Source of the DNA: Octopus sinensis
Lineage: Eukaryota
Length of the DNA: 64,000 bases
Reading direction: 5' to 3'
NCBI RefSeq assembly: GCF_006345805.1
Contig: NC_042999.1
Span: 101,122,001-101,186,000 of the forward strand
The notes beneath the pieces were generated by a model. The model was given only the letters and a program-made list of their open reading frames with translations, was not told where the DNA came from and made no database searches. This document shows, one piece after another, positions 39,620-51,471 of this stretch. Positions within the stretch are counted from its first letter, which is position 1. Each line of letters opens with the position of its first letter. The translations under genes were made by a program, and so were the position numbers.

Positions 39620-40420
39620 CACTAGAAATAGCTACCAAATTTCTCTCATAATATAATCCTCCTGACTAAAGGAAGGACACATTAGATGATGTAATGTCTC
39701 AAAATAAGATGGGGATGGTCATCATTAGAATGTTTAATCATAGGCCTCTTAATTCAAGCTCACTTGTGGCCTGATAATAATAACAAAGCAATTACAATTT
39801 AACATTAGATGATAGAAGGAAAATTTTCTGTTGTCTTATTTACAATATTTTCCACAGAAAAAGAAAAATGAAAGTTAAGTGACACATCTAACTCACAAAG
39901 CTTCCTTCTGCAGTAGCAAAGCAGGGAGATAAATCTGAGAAACCCGATCAGTAGCTTCTACCGTAACACCACAAACACTGTTACTTAACTTGTTAGAAAT
40001 AGAAATTAAATGTCCTTTAAATTACAACCTACCACCACAATTAAGATAGACATTTTAGAGAATATGATCCTAGATACACTGCAAAAAGATGTATTGTCTG
40101 AATAATGGCATGATTGTCATATATGAGATTTCTTTGATCAAAGGTGAGGGTGAACAGCAACGACTACTAACTATAAAAATTATTGCTGTTGTATGTTTGC
40201 TTTTTCTTTTTCTGTCTGCTCATAAATGAAGTATCTCAGGAGAAAAACAGATTTTAGCATCTTAAGTTATTCATTTTGCTTAGCTTCAGGTCAGCTCTGA
40301 TTCAGCAGACCTACGATCAAAGACCATCTAATTGTAACTATCCTATCTCAATTTTTTTATAAGATAGATTTGAAGATCTGGATGTTATCTCTAGCAGGTC
40401 AAGCAGCCACATAGTGGCTC
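39620..40420. repeat. three copies of the ~200-bp dispersed repeat family (-, -, +)
   Basis: Reverse copies at about 39620-39780 and 39990-40145, and a forward copy at 40285-40415 (CAGGTCAGCTCTGATTCAGCAGACCTACGATCAAAG). Confidence 0.6.
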
Positions 40421-42952
40421 CTTTATTGATTTAGACTTGTTGTTGGGTTGTGTCAGCTTAGGTTTTGCATGAAAATAACAAGCAATGATTTGACAATCAT
40501 TTTGCAATGACAAGGGTGATGTTGGATGCACATTCTTCCGTTTTATTATTAAAACTTTTTTAAATATTCTATTTATGATAAGTATTTGAATTCATTTTGC
40601 ACTATTAACTATTAGACTCAAATATCCAAAAGTAACTGAATGTTTATGTACTAATGAGTGAAATTACTTCTATTGTATTTCATGTTTCATTTAACCAACT
40701 TCATTTATGTTTAAACTCTATGTTATACGGAAGCAGATTATAAAATACCCAGAAAATTTGTTTAAAAAAAGGCAAAATTTCAACACCTGCTCCAAAAGAA
40801 AAATTTGTTTTTGCTATTTATGTATTTATTTTGTGCCACTGGTTTAGTCAGGAGGAGGGAGGAACTTCAGAAGACCCAAATCTGGTGAGATAATGTGATT
40901 TGAGTTCAGCTTGAATATCTGTTAAGTTTCATGTCTGCAGGAAGAACAGAAGCAAGAATAATATTCTAGAGAGTTGACATTGGGCAGAGAGGTCAGTTGG
41001 GAACATGAGCAACACAATGTGGAGAGATGAGTGTGTGTTAGATGGATGTGCATGGCATGCAAGTAGCAAGTTCTGATGAACCAAATCTGTTGTAGGAACA
41101 ATAAAAAAAAAATGGCAGTATAAGATGGTAGCATATCAGTTAGCTAACAGCTGTAGTGTGTTGGTGAAGGAGTTTCTGCTAATTAGTCAGTTGACAGTCT
41201 TTTGGATATGGTCTAATAATTATTGATAATAAAACACTTAGATTCCTAGCTTAGATAGTTTCCAAGATATCAAAAGAGATATTGAAGCAATCAACCAAGC
41301 AAACAATTAGACAAAGAAAAAAAATCATTTGGATATTTCAAAAGGGAAGTAATGATGGTTGCAGTGTACAATTACTAACATCTCCAGACTGAGATGTAAA
41401 GTTCACAAAATGGAACAAATCTCTGTTAATGTGCTGTGCAAAGAGGCAGACTTTCTCTGAAACATTAAAACTCTCCTGTTCTAAGAGGACACCCTCTTAT
41501 ATTATTTTCTAAATTTTATAGAACTAGATGTTATTGACACAGAACACCACTTGAATTCTTATGTTCTAATGTTTTACAATTACACTAGCATAAATCTTAA
41601 AAATACATTAGTATCCCTAAATATGTCTCTTAAAAATTATGCATTAGAAAAGAATTATTTTAACACTTTCAAGATTTATTAAATGTCATCAAACTAGTGA
41701 GCAATTTTTTAACCAAGTAAGAGAAAAATCTAAAATTTTCAACATACATCTTTTATTCTCCAGATATTTATAGGAATACTTACTTGCTTCTATTCTATTT
41801 TTAGAAGATGATTATGAAACATTGACGACTGATTTAAGAATATTTCAATGTCACTTTCAATATACAAATGACTCTGCAATTACAAGCAGCCTCACTTTTT
41901 ATTTAATTTCTATTTATCTCTTTCCCACATATTCATTAACACTCTTTCACTTTTCTAACATTGGCTTTTCTTTTTTCTTTCTTTCCACATCAATTCCTCC
42001 AGCTTCTACTCAGTAATTCCCAATATTCCCATGTGATAAATTTCATACTGGTAAATCTCAGACATATTTTCAAAATTGACAACTTGCCAAAAAACTTCAC
42101 TAGAAAAAGAAGCTATTTTAAAAAATGGAGAAAAATTTTATTCGAAATATATGTATGAGTGCCTGTCATAAATAACACAGCAGAGCCTATTTGTATCAAA
42201 AATACTTGAAAACATTGACTATTCACAGACATTATCTTAAATTAGAACAGGACTAAAAATACCTTATAGTATTTAGTTTTATCCTTCTATTTTTGTATTC
42301 AAATCTCACAAGGGTTGATTTTGCTTTTCTTCCTGCCAAAGTTGATAACATAAGTACCAGTCACATAATGGGGTTGAGTTATTCAACAATATCCTACTCA
42401 CACAACCACTACAAATATGTGGTCTTATGCCACTGTGAGAAATCAATATGATTTCTATCAAAGTAAAGTATATAATACATGCACTTTCAGCATAACCACA
42501 CTCACCAGCAGTAACAATATTTTCATTTTACTAGCTCTACAGCAACAGACCATTACCAATAGGCAGAACATCAGAAAACCCCATCCCTACTGTTTAGAGA
42601 TATATACTCTTTAGAATGATTTACCAGTCAACAATCATGTTTATGACACTACAGTTAGTGGTTATATTTATAGCAATGCAATTAATGAATGATGATATTT
42701 ATAGCACTTATAATCTGCATTAGTTGAAATTAGAAAAGCCGCAGCATTGAAACTTGGCATCCTTTTCAAAGTACAGTATCTGAGTAACAAATTATTATTG
42801 AAAGGGTGCAGGTATGACGGCATGACCATGTGGTTAAGGAGCTTGCTTTTTAATCATGTGATGCATATATAATTAGTATGTTTGTGTTTGCATGATACCT
42901 ATATTGTGAAACGATAATTATTTGGGAAACTTAAATGTACATCATTATGAAT

Positions 42953-42957
<5 letters not shown>

Positions 42958-42983
<26 letters not shown>

Positions 42984-43098
42984 TGCATATGTGTGTGTAT
43001 GCATGTGTGTGCGTGTGTGTGTGTGCATGTACGTGTGTGCGTGTGTGTGCATGTACGTGTGTGCGTGTATGTGCATGTACGTGTGTTTGTGTGTGTGT

Positions 43099-43140
<42 letters not shown>
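42958..43140. repeat. (GA)n followed by compound (GT)n/(GCGTGT)/(GCATGTAC) repeat
   Basis: Directly visible alternating purine-pyrimidine tract. Confidence 0.95.
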
Positions 43141-43141
<1 letters not shown>

Positions 43142-43219
43142 CCAGCCTTGGTAGTGAGGGTTATATTTTTACATATGGCACTTGTTTTCTTGTTTTGGTA
43201 ACTGCTGTTGTTATTTATG

Positions 43220-43760
43220 CCTGACTAAGGCAAGCCTAAGATCAAGGGTGTTCCAGATATGACCATTACATCTTATATTAAGACAGTAAATCTAATACTA
43301 CATTAGCCAATATGTCCTTCCATTTTTCAAATAGCAAAACATTATGAGGGAGATTTGATAGTTATTCCTAGTAAACTGATTGACCAAGTAAAGACTGTCT
43401 CACCGGCTTTGTAATAACATGTTTAGCTATGTATTTTTAGATGCCAGCATGGAAAGCAGACGTTAAACGATGATGATCTATGATGTTATTACTGTGAATC
43501 TTGCTGGTGTCAGTGATTTACAGGCTTCTTTTGTTGTTGATGCTGTTCTTGTTCTTGTTTACTCCCAGGTCAGTTCAGTTCAAGCAGATCTATGATCAAA
43601 GGCATTCAAGCTGTGAACAATCAATCTTTTTGTGTATCAAGGACTACATTATTTAAAGTGTCCTTTTTTTTTTTAAGACACAAGGTTGCAATTTGAGGAA
43701 TATTTGGCTGTGATTTCTAGCAGGGCTAGTGACTATACAGAAAACACCCTTGCTAGCTTA
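43220..43760 (+). repeat. two forward copies of the ~200-bp dispersed repeat family
   Basis: 43560-43760 reads CCAGGTCAGTTCAGTTCAAGCAGATCTATGATCAAAGGCATTC...GGACTACATT...GCAATTTGAGGAATATTTGGCTGTGATTTCTAGCAGG, and 43220-43400 is similar. Further copies lie near 1960, 9000, 14060, 48840 and 61360. Confidence 0.65.
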
Positions 43761-44240
43761 TTGTTATTCATGATGCATTTGGAGACATTGAAAATGTTTG
43801 CTCTTCTAAATGTGTTAATGGTGGTGATTTGGTATGTGATTTAGTGAGTGTGGATAGGTGGGGGTCACTTGTAGACTTGTTATTTTCATTGTGTATAGCT
43901 AACATTTATAAATGAGTTTCTAATGGGATTATGTATAGTCCTTTGTTGCTGGTTGAAATCACATGGTATTTTTTTATCGATTATATATGCATTTAGTTAT
44001 GTATGGTGAGAGGAGACCAAATAGAATTTGCATATCCCAATATAGTTGCTTTGTAAGATTAATTTCTTTGTATTAACCACAAATGAAGGATATTTTTTTC
44101 TCTTCTGTTGTTTTCTGCATATTCCATAAAAATATTATGTGGCAGTTTTGAGTCAGAACTGAGTGCCAGCCCTTCCAGATCCTTCCAGTGAAGAAATACA
44201 TAAAATGTATTTCTTCACTGCTTGTGTAAAGTGGTGCAAA

Positions 44241-44324
44241 TTCCTTTGGATATTTTGCATGTTCCTTTGGATACTTTGCATGTTCCTTTGGATATTTTGC
44301 AAGTTCCTTTGGATATTTTGTATA
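44241..44324. repeat. 21-bp minisatellite, 4 copies
   Basis: TTCCTTTGGATATTTTGCATG units start at 44241, 44262, 44283 and 44304. Confidence 0.95.
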
Positions 44325-44814
44325 CTGAGAAAAGCATGAATTTAGTTGTGCTCAGTTGTGTATGTGTTTGCATGTGTGCATACGAGATGAGTTTGTGTGT
44401 GAGTGCATGGATATGTCTGTATATATGCATGGTTTTATGATGTATGCACATGTTTAATATAAGTTTCATATGTGTATATAGTAAAATTGCTTATTTATAT
44501 TTATATAAAAGGATGGAATAAATAACTCAGATGTCTTAATGTTAAAAAAGAAAGAGAAGATAATACTTTCCTTTGGGGTTCCATACTTTTTTCTTTGGTG
44601 GTTTGGAAGGTAGAGTAAAGATGTATGTGTTTTACTTCATGAAATAAAGTGTATTTTATTATGGGATTGTGTCTTTATAAGCTTTTATAAAGTATGCACA
44701 TGATAGCTATTTTGAACAGTTGAAGACAAAGTGATTTTGTTCAAGCCCCAGATGATTCAGGGCCTTATATCTTGTCACAAGCTTGAGTTGTGTAAAAGCA
44801 TAGATTTTCTCTGT

Positions 44815-44960
44815 AGGTAGATGGAAAGCAGATGGTACAGTTAGTAGGACATTGACTAAAATACATTGCCTACTTGGTTACCCCACTTTACATTTTGAGT
44901 ACAAATCCCACCTTGGTCAACTTGGCCTTTCATTCCTCTAGCTTCATAAAATGCTAGTCA
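44815..44960 (+). mobile_element. degenerate SINE family B
   Basis: TTTGAGTACAAATCCCACCTTGGTCAACTTGGCCTTTCATTCC matches the family-B core. Confidence 0.55.
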
Positions 44961-45913
44961 AACATAAGGTCAGTGTCATTTACTATACCCTTGAAAGTGA
45001 TGCTTCAGCATGTTTACATCCCAGTGACTAAAACAAGTAAAAAATATTGAATGAATATTGTTATTACAAGCCAAGGGAATCTAAGGAATCTATATAAATC
45101 TCATTTCTGATTTGTGCTAAAGTATCCTTACTTAACTATGACCAAATACAAATGGTAACAATTTCACTCAGTAAACAAGACTCCTACATTTTATATTTAT
45201 TTCACCATCATTATTTAATTAGCACTAAAATAACTAAACAATGAACTCTAGAATGATTGGAAACATCTTGAAATCTTGTGATAGTTCAAACAGTGCAAGA
45301 GACTTTTGTCCCCACTGGTTCACTATCACTGCCACTGTCTCTTCTGTGTCTAGCTTTGTGCTGCTGAATAATTGTTCAAATTCATGTGAACAGAGGAAGC
45401 ATAACTCAATAAATAACACCTATAAAAGTCAGAGAATTTATAATAAACTGGAAATTGGTAATTTATTTAAAATATGCATATTTCTTAAAGAGTGATGCAC
45501 TGAATGCAAAAGAATCCTTTATAAAAAATTTCTGCCTTAGCAAAAATAAACTAAATTGAACAGCACTTGTTAGTGATTCTCAAAGAAGAGGGGTGATAAT
45601 TTCAATAAACTACAAAAGTTCTCAAATTAATTCAAATAGACTGTCTGATCTTTGTTTGTAGGTAAGAGACAACCAAGGGTACATTTAAGTCTATTAAACC
45701 TCATCAGAGGAGTATAATCTACCCAACTCACCAGATCAGTGGATAGAATTATACATATAGAAGAAGATATATGAATATTCTGGGCCAGAATAATTTCTTA
45801 AATGATTATTTCATGATTTTTTGTCCCCGTGGTACCTCAACAAACTATAAGCATGACATTTTAACATGCAAAATGTTTTATTTAGAACTTGATGGCGTCA
45901 TATTCCTCTATGT

Positions 45914-46055
45914 GGAGGCACATGGCCTAGTGGTTAGAGCAGCATACTCGCAATTGAGAGATCGTGGGTTTGAATCTCAGACCGGGCAATCTGTGTATTT
46001 TATGAGCGAAACACCTAAGCTCCACGTGACACCGGCAGAAGGTAATGATGATACA
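45914..46055 (+). mobile_element. tRNA-derived SINE head (family D) with A and B boxes
   Basis: TGGCCTAGTGG (A box) and GGGTTTGAATCTC (B-box-like), followed by non-tRNA sequence. Confidence 0.7.
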
Positions 46056-46153
46056 CAAGTAGTATCTTCTGAGTTCTATCATCAAATGTTTAAAACAGAA
46101 TAAACATGTAAAAGATAGCATTTGAGTTTTCTGCTTGTTTTACTCCTACTAGA

Positions 46154-46558
46154 TGCAGGTGTAGTTGTGTGGTAAGATACTTTCTTCTCAATCACATGGT
46201 TACGGGTTCAGTCCCACTGCATGGAACTTAGGACATGTGTCCTTCTACTATAGCCTCAGGCTGACCAAAGCCTTGTGAGTGGAATTGGTAAACGAAAACT
46301 GAAAGAAACCCATTGTGTGTGTGTGTGTGTGTGTGTGTGTCTGTGTGTGTGTGTGTTTGTTTCTGTTCCTCATCACTGCTTGACAACTGGTGTTAGTGTG
46401 TTTGCGTCCCTGTAACTTAGCCATTTAGCAACACTAACCAATAAAATAAGTACCAGGCTCCAAAAAAAACATAAGTACTGGGGTCAATTCATTCAACTAA
46501 AAATTCAAGACAGTACTTAGGCATGGCTACAATCTAATGACTGAAACAACTAAAAGAT
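46154..46558 (+). mobile_element. SINE family A, full length, with internal (GT)n
   Basis: Reverse-complement match to the minus-strand family-A copies, from GGTGTAGTTGTGTGGTAAG to GACTGAAACAACTAAAAG. Confidence 0.85.
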
Positions 46559-47151
46559 ATCCTTTATTGTATTGCAAATGGTATGGTTAAAATTTGCATG
46601 TGTAAATTTTTTTGTACAAGAATTTAACTGTTTTGTAGGCAGGACTGCAAGTTTGGGGAATTTACTTTGTGAATACATAGATTTTAGTTTCATTCTCACT
46701 GCATGGCACACTGGGCAAGAGTTTTTTTTACCATATCCATGGGTTGACCAAAGTCTTGTGACTGAAATTTAATAAACAAAATCTCAGTGGGAGTTTGAAG
46801 AGACCATGACTTGTTTTTTTCTCTTTTTTGGTTTAATGCCATAATCTTCCATTTGGATCATTTTAGCAAAGTCCACTCTTTTGTAAGCAATTGGATTGGG
46901 TCACTGGTCTGAAGGTAACTTTCTCTCTTCCTTCCACCCATCATGGAGGAAGTTCTGAAAAATGTCATGGAGGCTGCTCATTCTCATATGCCAAATTCAT
47001 TAAAAAAAATTAAAAGAAAATATCTTGCAGTTATGTCTTTGTGGTAATCATATAAATAAACTTCATCTTTTAGAAAACAGAATGTTCCTAAAAAAATTCT
47101 TATCTGAGGCAATTGATCTCTAGATACTGTTATTATCTTATATATATATGA

Positions 47152-48535
47152 GCACGTAACAAACACCATCCGATCATGGCCGTTCGCCAGCCTCATCTGG
47201 CACCTGTGTCGGTGGCACATAAAAACACCTTCCGAAGACCCGGCAAGACTAGTCAGTCCACCTGTGCATACCTTCCTTCTTGTGACACTTGTGAAGACCT
47301 GTTGAGGCAAGTGAAAATCAAATCAAATCAAATCAAAATAGATGAACATCAATGGAATTTGTATCTTTGTGGTGCCAGTGCCTGTGGCACACAAGAAATC
47401 CATCCGAACGTGGCCGTAGTCAGTACCGCATCGACTGGCCATCGTGCTGTGGGCACATAACAAACACCATCCGATCGTGGCCGTTCGCCAGCCTCATCTA
47501 GCACCTGTGTCGGTGGCACATAAAAACACCATCCGAAGACCCGGCAAGACTAGTCAGGCCATATCCCATGGCCCCTACCTGGGACGTAGTCAGTCCACCT
47601 GTGCATACCTTCCTCCTTGTGATACTTGTGAAGGCCTGTTGAGGCAAGTGAAAATCAAAATGAAATCAAAACAAATCAAATCAAATCAAATCAAAACAAA
47701 TCAAAATAGATGAACATTAATGGAATTGTATCTTGTGGTACCAGTGCCGGTGGCATGCAAGAAAACCATCCGAACGTGGCCGTAGCCAGTACCGCACCAA
47801 CTGGCCTCCGTGCTGTGGGCACGTAACAAACACCATCCGATCGTGGCCGTTCGCCAGCCTCATCTGGCACCTGTGTCGGTGGCACATAAAAACACCATCC
47901 GAAGACCCGGCAAGACTAGTCGGGCCATAACCTGTGGCCCCTACCTGGGACGTAGTCAGTCCACCTGTGCATACCTTCCTTCTTGTGACACTTGTGAAGA
48001 CCTGTTGAGGCAAGTGAAAATCAAAACAAATCAAAATAGATGAACATCAATGAAATTTGTATCTTTGTGGTACCAGTGCCGGTGGCACGTGGCACACAAG
48101 AAAACCATCCGAACGTGGCCGTAGCCAGTACCTCATCGACTGGCCTCCGTGCTGTGGGCACGTAACAAACACCATCCGATTGTGGCCGTTTGCCAGCCTC
48201 ATCTGGCACCTGTGTCGGTGGCACATAAAAACACCATCCGAGCGTGGCCGTCTGCCAGCCTCGTCTGGCACCTGTGTCGGTGCCACATAAAAAAAACACC
48301 ATCCGAGCGTGGCCGTTTGCCAGCCTCGTCTGGCACCTGTGTCGGTGGCACATAAAATCACCCACTACACTCTCGGAGTGGTTGGCGTTAGGAAGGGCAT
48401 CCAGCTGTAGAAACACTGCCAGATCTGACTGGACTGGTGCAGCTTTCGGGCTCCCCAGACCCCAGTTGAACCGTCCAACCCATGCTAGCATGGAAAGCAG
48501 ACGTTAAATGATGATGATGATGATGATGATGATGA
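47152..48535 (+). repeat. GC-rich tandem array derived from a retroposon body, ending in a GAT-repeat tail
   Basis: Large units start at 47152, 47453, 47819 and 48158 (periods 301, 366, 339). Shorter ~60-66-bp sub-units follow, then a tail and (GAT)n at about 48508-48535. Confidence 0.9.
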
Positions 48536-49544
48536 TAAATCTTTGGTCAAATGAACTTTTAGTATGGATACTATGAATGGTAATTTAAATGGTAACCCAC
48601 ACATACAATATATCCCATATGATTTTATTTCCAATAAGTTATTTGTAGCTCTTTTATTGGTTCAGACAATTTGGTGTAGTCGTATTGACTAATCAGTAAA
48701 ATATAAAAAGAGAGCGAGAAATACAGTCTCATAAGTGCCTTGCCAATAATTGTCTAAATAAATTTATCCTGCATTTTGATAGTAGTTTCTTTTTTATCAT
48801 TCAAATATTTGGTTGTTGTTGTTGTTGTTATTCTTTAGCTACAGGTCAGCATAATCAACCAAACTTCTGGTCAAAAGCATTCTAGCCATGATCATCCTGT
48901 CTTTTTCTTTCAAACATAGTTTCATCTGATGTGTTTTTCTCCTTTTAAGAGAGAGGACGTAATTTTTATTTGCACCAAAAATTTTCCAAATATGCAGCGA
49001 ACAGGTTGACAACAAGTTTATCAAGACACATATGGCATTTAAAAGAAGGAGGTTCACCTCTTTTAAAATACAATAGTCAGCTTTGGTAGAAAAAAAAAAA
49101 AAAAAGCTATCACATTCAGGCATGGAATATGCCAGAATTTCATAAGATGTCCATTGTGCTTAAGTGAAAAGTACTTTATCCTATTTTAGGGTAAATCTGC
49201 ATTGAACTAAACATTTGAGTTTTTGAGCTATGGACTCTCTTCAAAATTTTCGATTTCTAAGCTTTTACCATTGAAAGGCTAAACAACTTACAAAAGCTTT
49301 GCCAGATCTCATTGCTCAATGTGACTCACTAGTTTTATATAACTTTTCCTTTTCCTTTTTGCAATATTCTAATTCCAACATCCAAATTCAATGTGATTAT
49401 TATATTATATCATTGTTGTATTTTACTTTTTACCCTTCTATATGATCATTCATTGTCCAAGATATATGTTACGTACACATTGATTATTATTTATTATTAT
49501 CTATCATTAGATATTTTCACTTTATTTCAACACTCATGCTCTAT

Positions 49545-49587
49545 GTAAGTATACATATAAATGTGTATGTATGTAGGTATGTATATG

Positions 49588-49671
<84 letters not shown>

Positions 49672-49680
49672 TATACATAT

Positions 49681-49716
<36 letters not shown>

Positions 49717-49722
49717 AAATTT

Positions 49723-49753
<31 letters not shown>

Positions 49754-49760
49754 TATACAT
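49545..49760. repeat. long imperfect (AT)n microsatellite
   Basis: Directly visible. Confidence 0.95.
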
Positions 49761-51109
49761 AGAGAGGCTACCACCTCCAGCATGTGTGACTAAGTAAAAC
49801 AGTCATGAACAAGCTGTACCCCAATGGGCTGAATGCAGCCTGTTTGACTTTCTGAATAGCATGCCTAATTTCATAAGGAAAATAACATTGGTAACAATTT
49901 TGTTAGTTTTGTTTGATTCTCACATGTTCACTAATGCTTTCTCTCTCTCACTCAAAGAAGTTTGCAGAAGCTGGTGTCAAAGGGGACTAACTGTTAAATG
50001 CCCAACTAACCTCAGTTGCTATAAATGCCTGTTGTGTTATGGACACTCCAAACAGAAAAATATAAATATTTGCCGGTGTCAGTCATCTGTATAATTTTTA
50101 ACATGCCTCAGAGTCAATTCGCAACTATTCAAACATCCAAAAGCCTTAAATTGCATTCTCTACTTGAAACACTATATAAAAGAATGAAAATTATTGATAT
50201 AATGTTCAAATTTCTGTTTCTACCACTTATGATGAATTGTTGTGATAATTCAGCTTCAGTAACTGAACCTGCATGTCATATACTGCTGTAAGGCAAGATT
50301 GACAAATCTTTACTTTCAAAGTGCAAGTGTGCAAAGCTATGCTACACAGTATGTACATATACTTACAGTCATTGAATTATTGGAACAAGTCATTTTATGT
50401 GGTAAAAGCACAAAGAAATTGAACATTAAATCAATAACATTTTTTAAATTTTGATATCACAACTCATGGTTTCATCTAAAAAAAAGGGGTGGGGGGAGAT
50501 TTCTGAAGAAATGAAAAAAATTGCAGAAAAAGTGAACAAATGATTACTCCTTAGTTGAAGGGGGGAAAAATAATAAAACAAACCAATATGTTTAATTTGT
50601 TATGAATCCATCTGCACTTTTAAAGAATTTAACATAAAGCACCATTATTCTGCAAAATATTCAAGGTATAATAAATTTAAAGGAAATATTAGTAAACAAA
50701 ATATTGAAACCCTCAAGAGATCGGTACCCTAAATACACTCTTTTCCAAAAGATAGGCAGAACTCAAAGAAATTGCACATGTAAGCTGTTGTTAGGTGAAA
50801 GAATGCTAGACATTGAAAAAAAATATACTAACAGGGAATTAGTAAAAGAATGCCCTTTAGCAGTGGTTGAACTTCTCTGTCCAGAAAAGTAAAATTTGTT
50901 TGACTAGCTTAAGTTGTCTAGAAGGACAATAATAAGATGAGTTGAAGAAATTACAGCAATTATCAAGACTACACAGTCAAAATAAAAATAGAATAGAATT
51001 TCATTCTTTTTCATTGGCTATTGATGAAAGCACAGATAAATCTGATTTGGCTCAACTGTTGATTTTCATACACAATATTGATAAATCATTTAATATCACT
51101 TATTGTTCA

Positions 51110-51471
51110 GACAAGGAAAGAAATTTACATTATTTACGGATATTTGTCCTCATCCTGTTTGTTGTTATCACAATGTTTTGGCTGATATACCCCCCCAGTC
51201 TTCATCAGGTGTCATGGGGAAATTTCAAACCTGGGATCGCATTCCTAAGGTATTTTTCAATGTTGTAGTTGTTGCACTTGGACATCTTCCTGGTGGGGCC
51301 AGAGTATAAAGGTGTCATCAAAATATCGCAGCCATAGGCTTGGTTTTAGTGGTGTTGATCCTAAAGCCAAATTCTCAAAGTATTCCATGCATATATTGGC
51401 TACAATTGGTGAACCAATAGCTAAACCCTCTTCTTGTCTCTATACAGTGTCCATACTGAAATAGGTATATA
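51110..51471 (-). mobile_element. Penelope-like element fragment nested in the hAT relic
   Basis: Minus strand gives TYFSMDTV*RQEEGLAIGSPIVANICMEYFENLALGSTPLKPSLWLRYFDDTFILWPHQEDVQ (PLE RT motifs GLAMGSP and RYVDD). This is joined directly to a terminal segment carrying a hammerhead-like motif. Confidence 0.85.
51166..51214 (-). ncRNA. decayed minimal type I hammerhead ribozyme motif
   Basis: Minus strand: TGACAC-CTGATGA-A-GACTG-GGGGGGTATAT-CAGCC-AAAAC-ATT-GTGATA. Helix I has 5/6 pairs and helix II 4/5. GAAA is mutated to AAAA and ACGT to ACAT. Confidence 0.65.

Noticed and set aside
42922-43224. Cys/Val-rich ORFs
   Set aside because: These are translations of (GT)n repeats.
44215-44469. 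ORF with a KISKGTC heptad repeat
   Set aside because: It arises from the 21-bp minisatellite flanked by (GT)-rich sequence, with no splice or homology support.
47152-48535. Possible CRISPR-like array, and many overlapping ORFs
   Set aside because: The sequences between repeated motifs are themselves repeated rather than unique spacers, the context is eukaryotic with no cas genes, and the ORFs reflect GC-rich tandem units.
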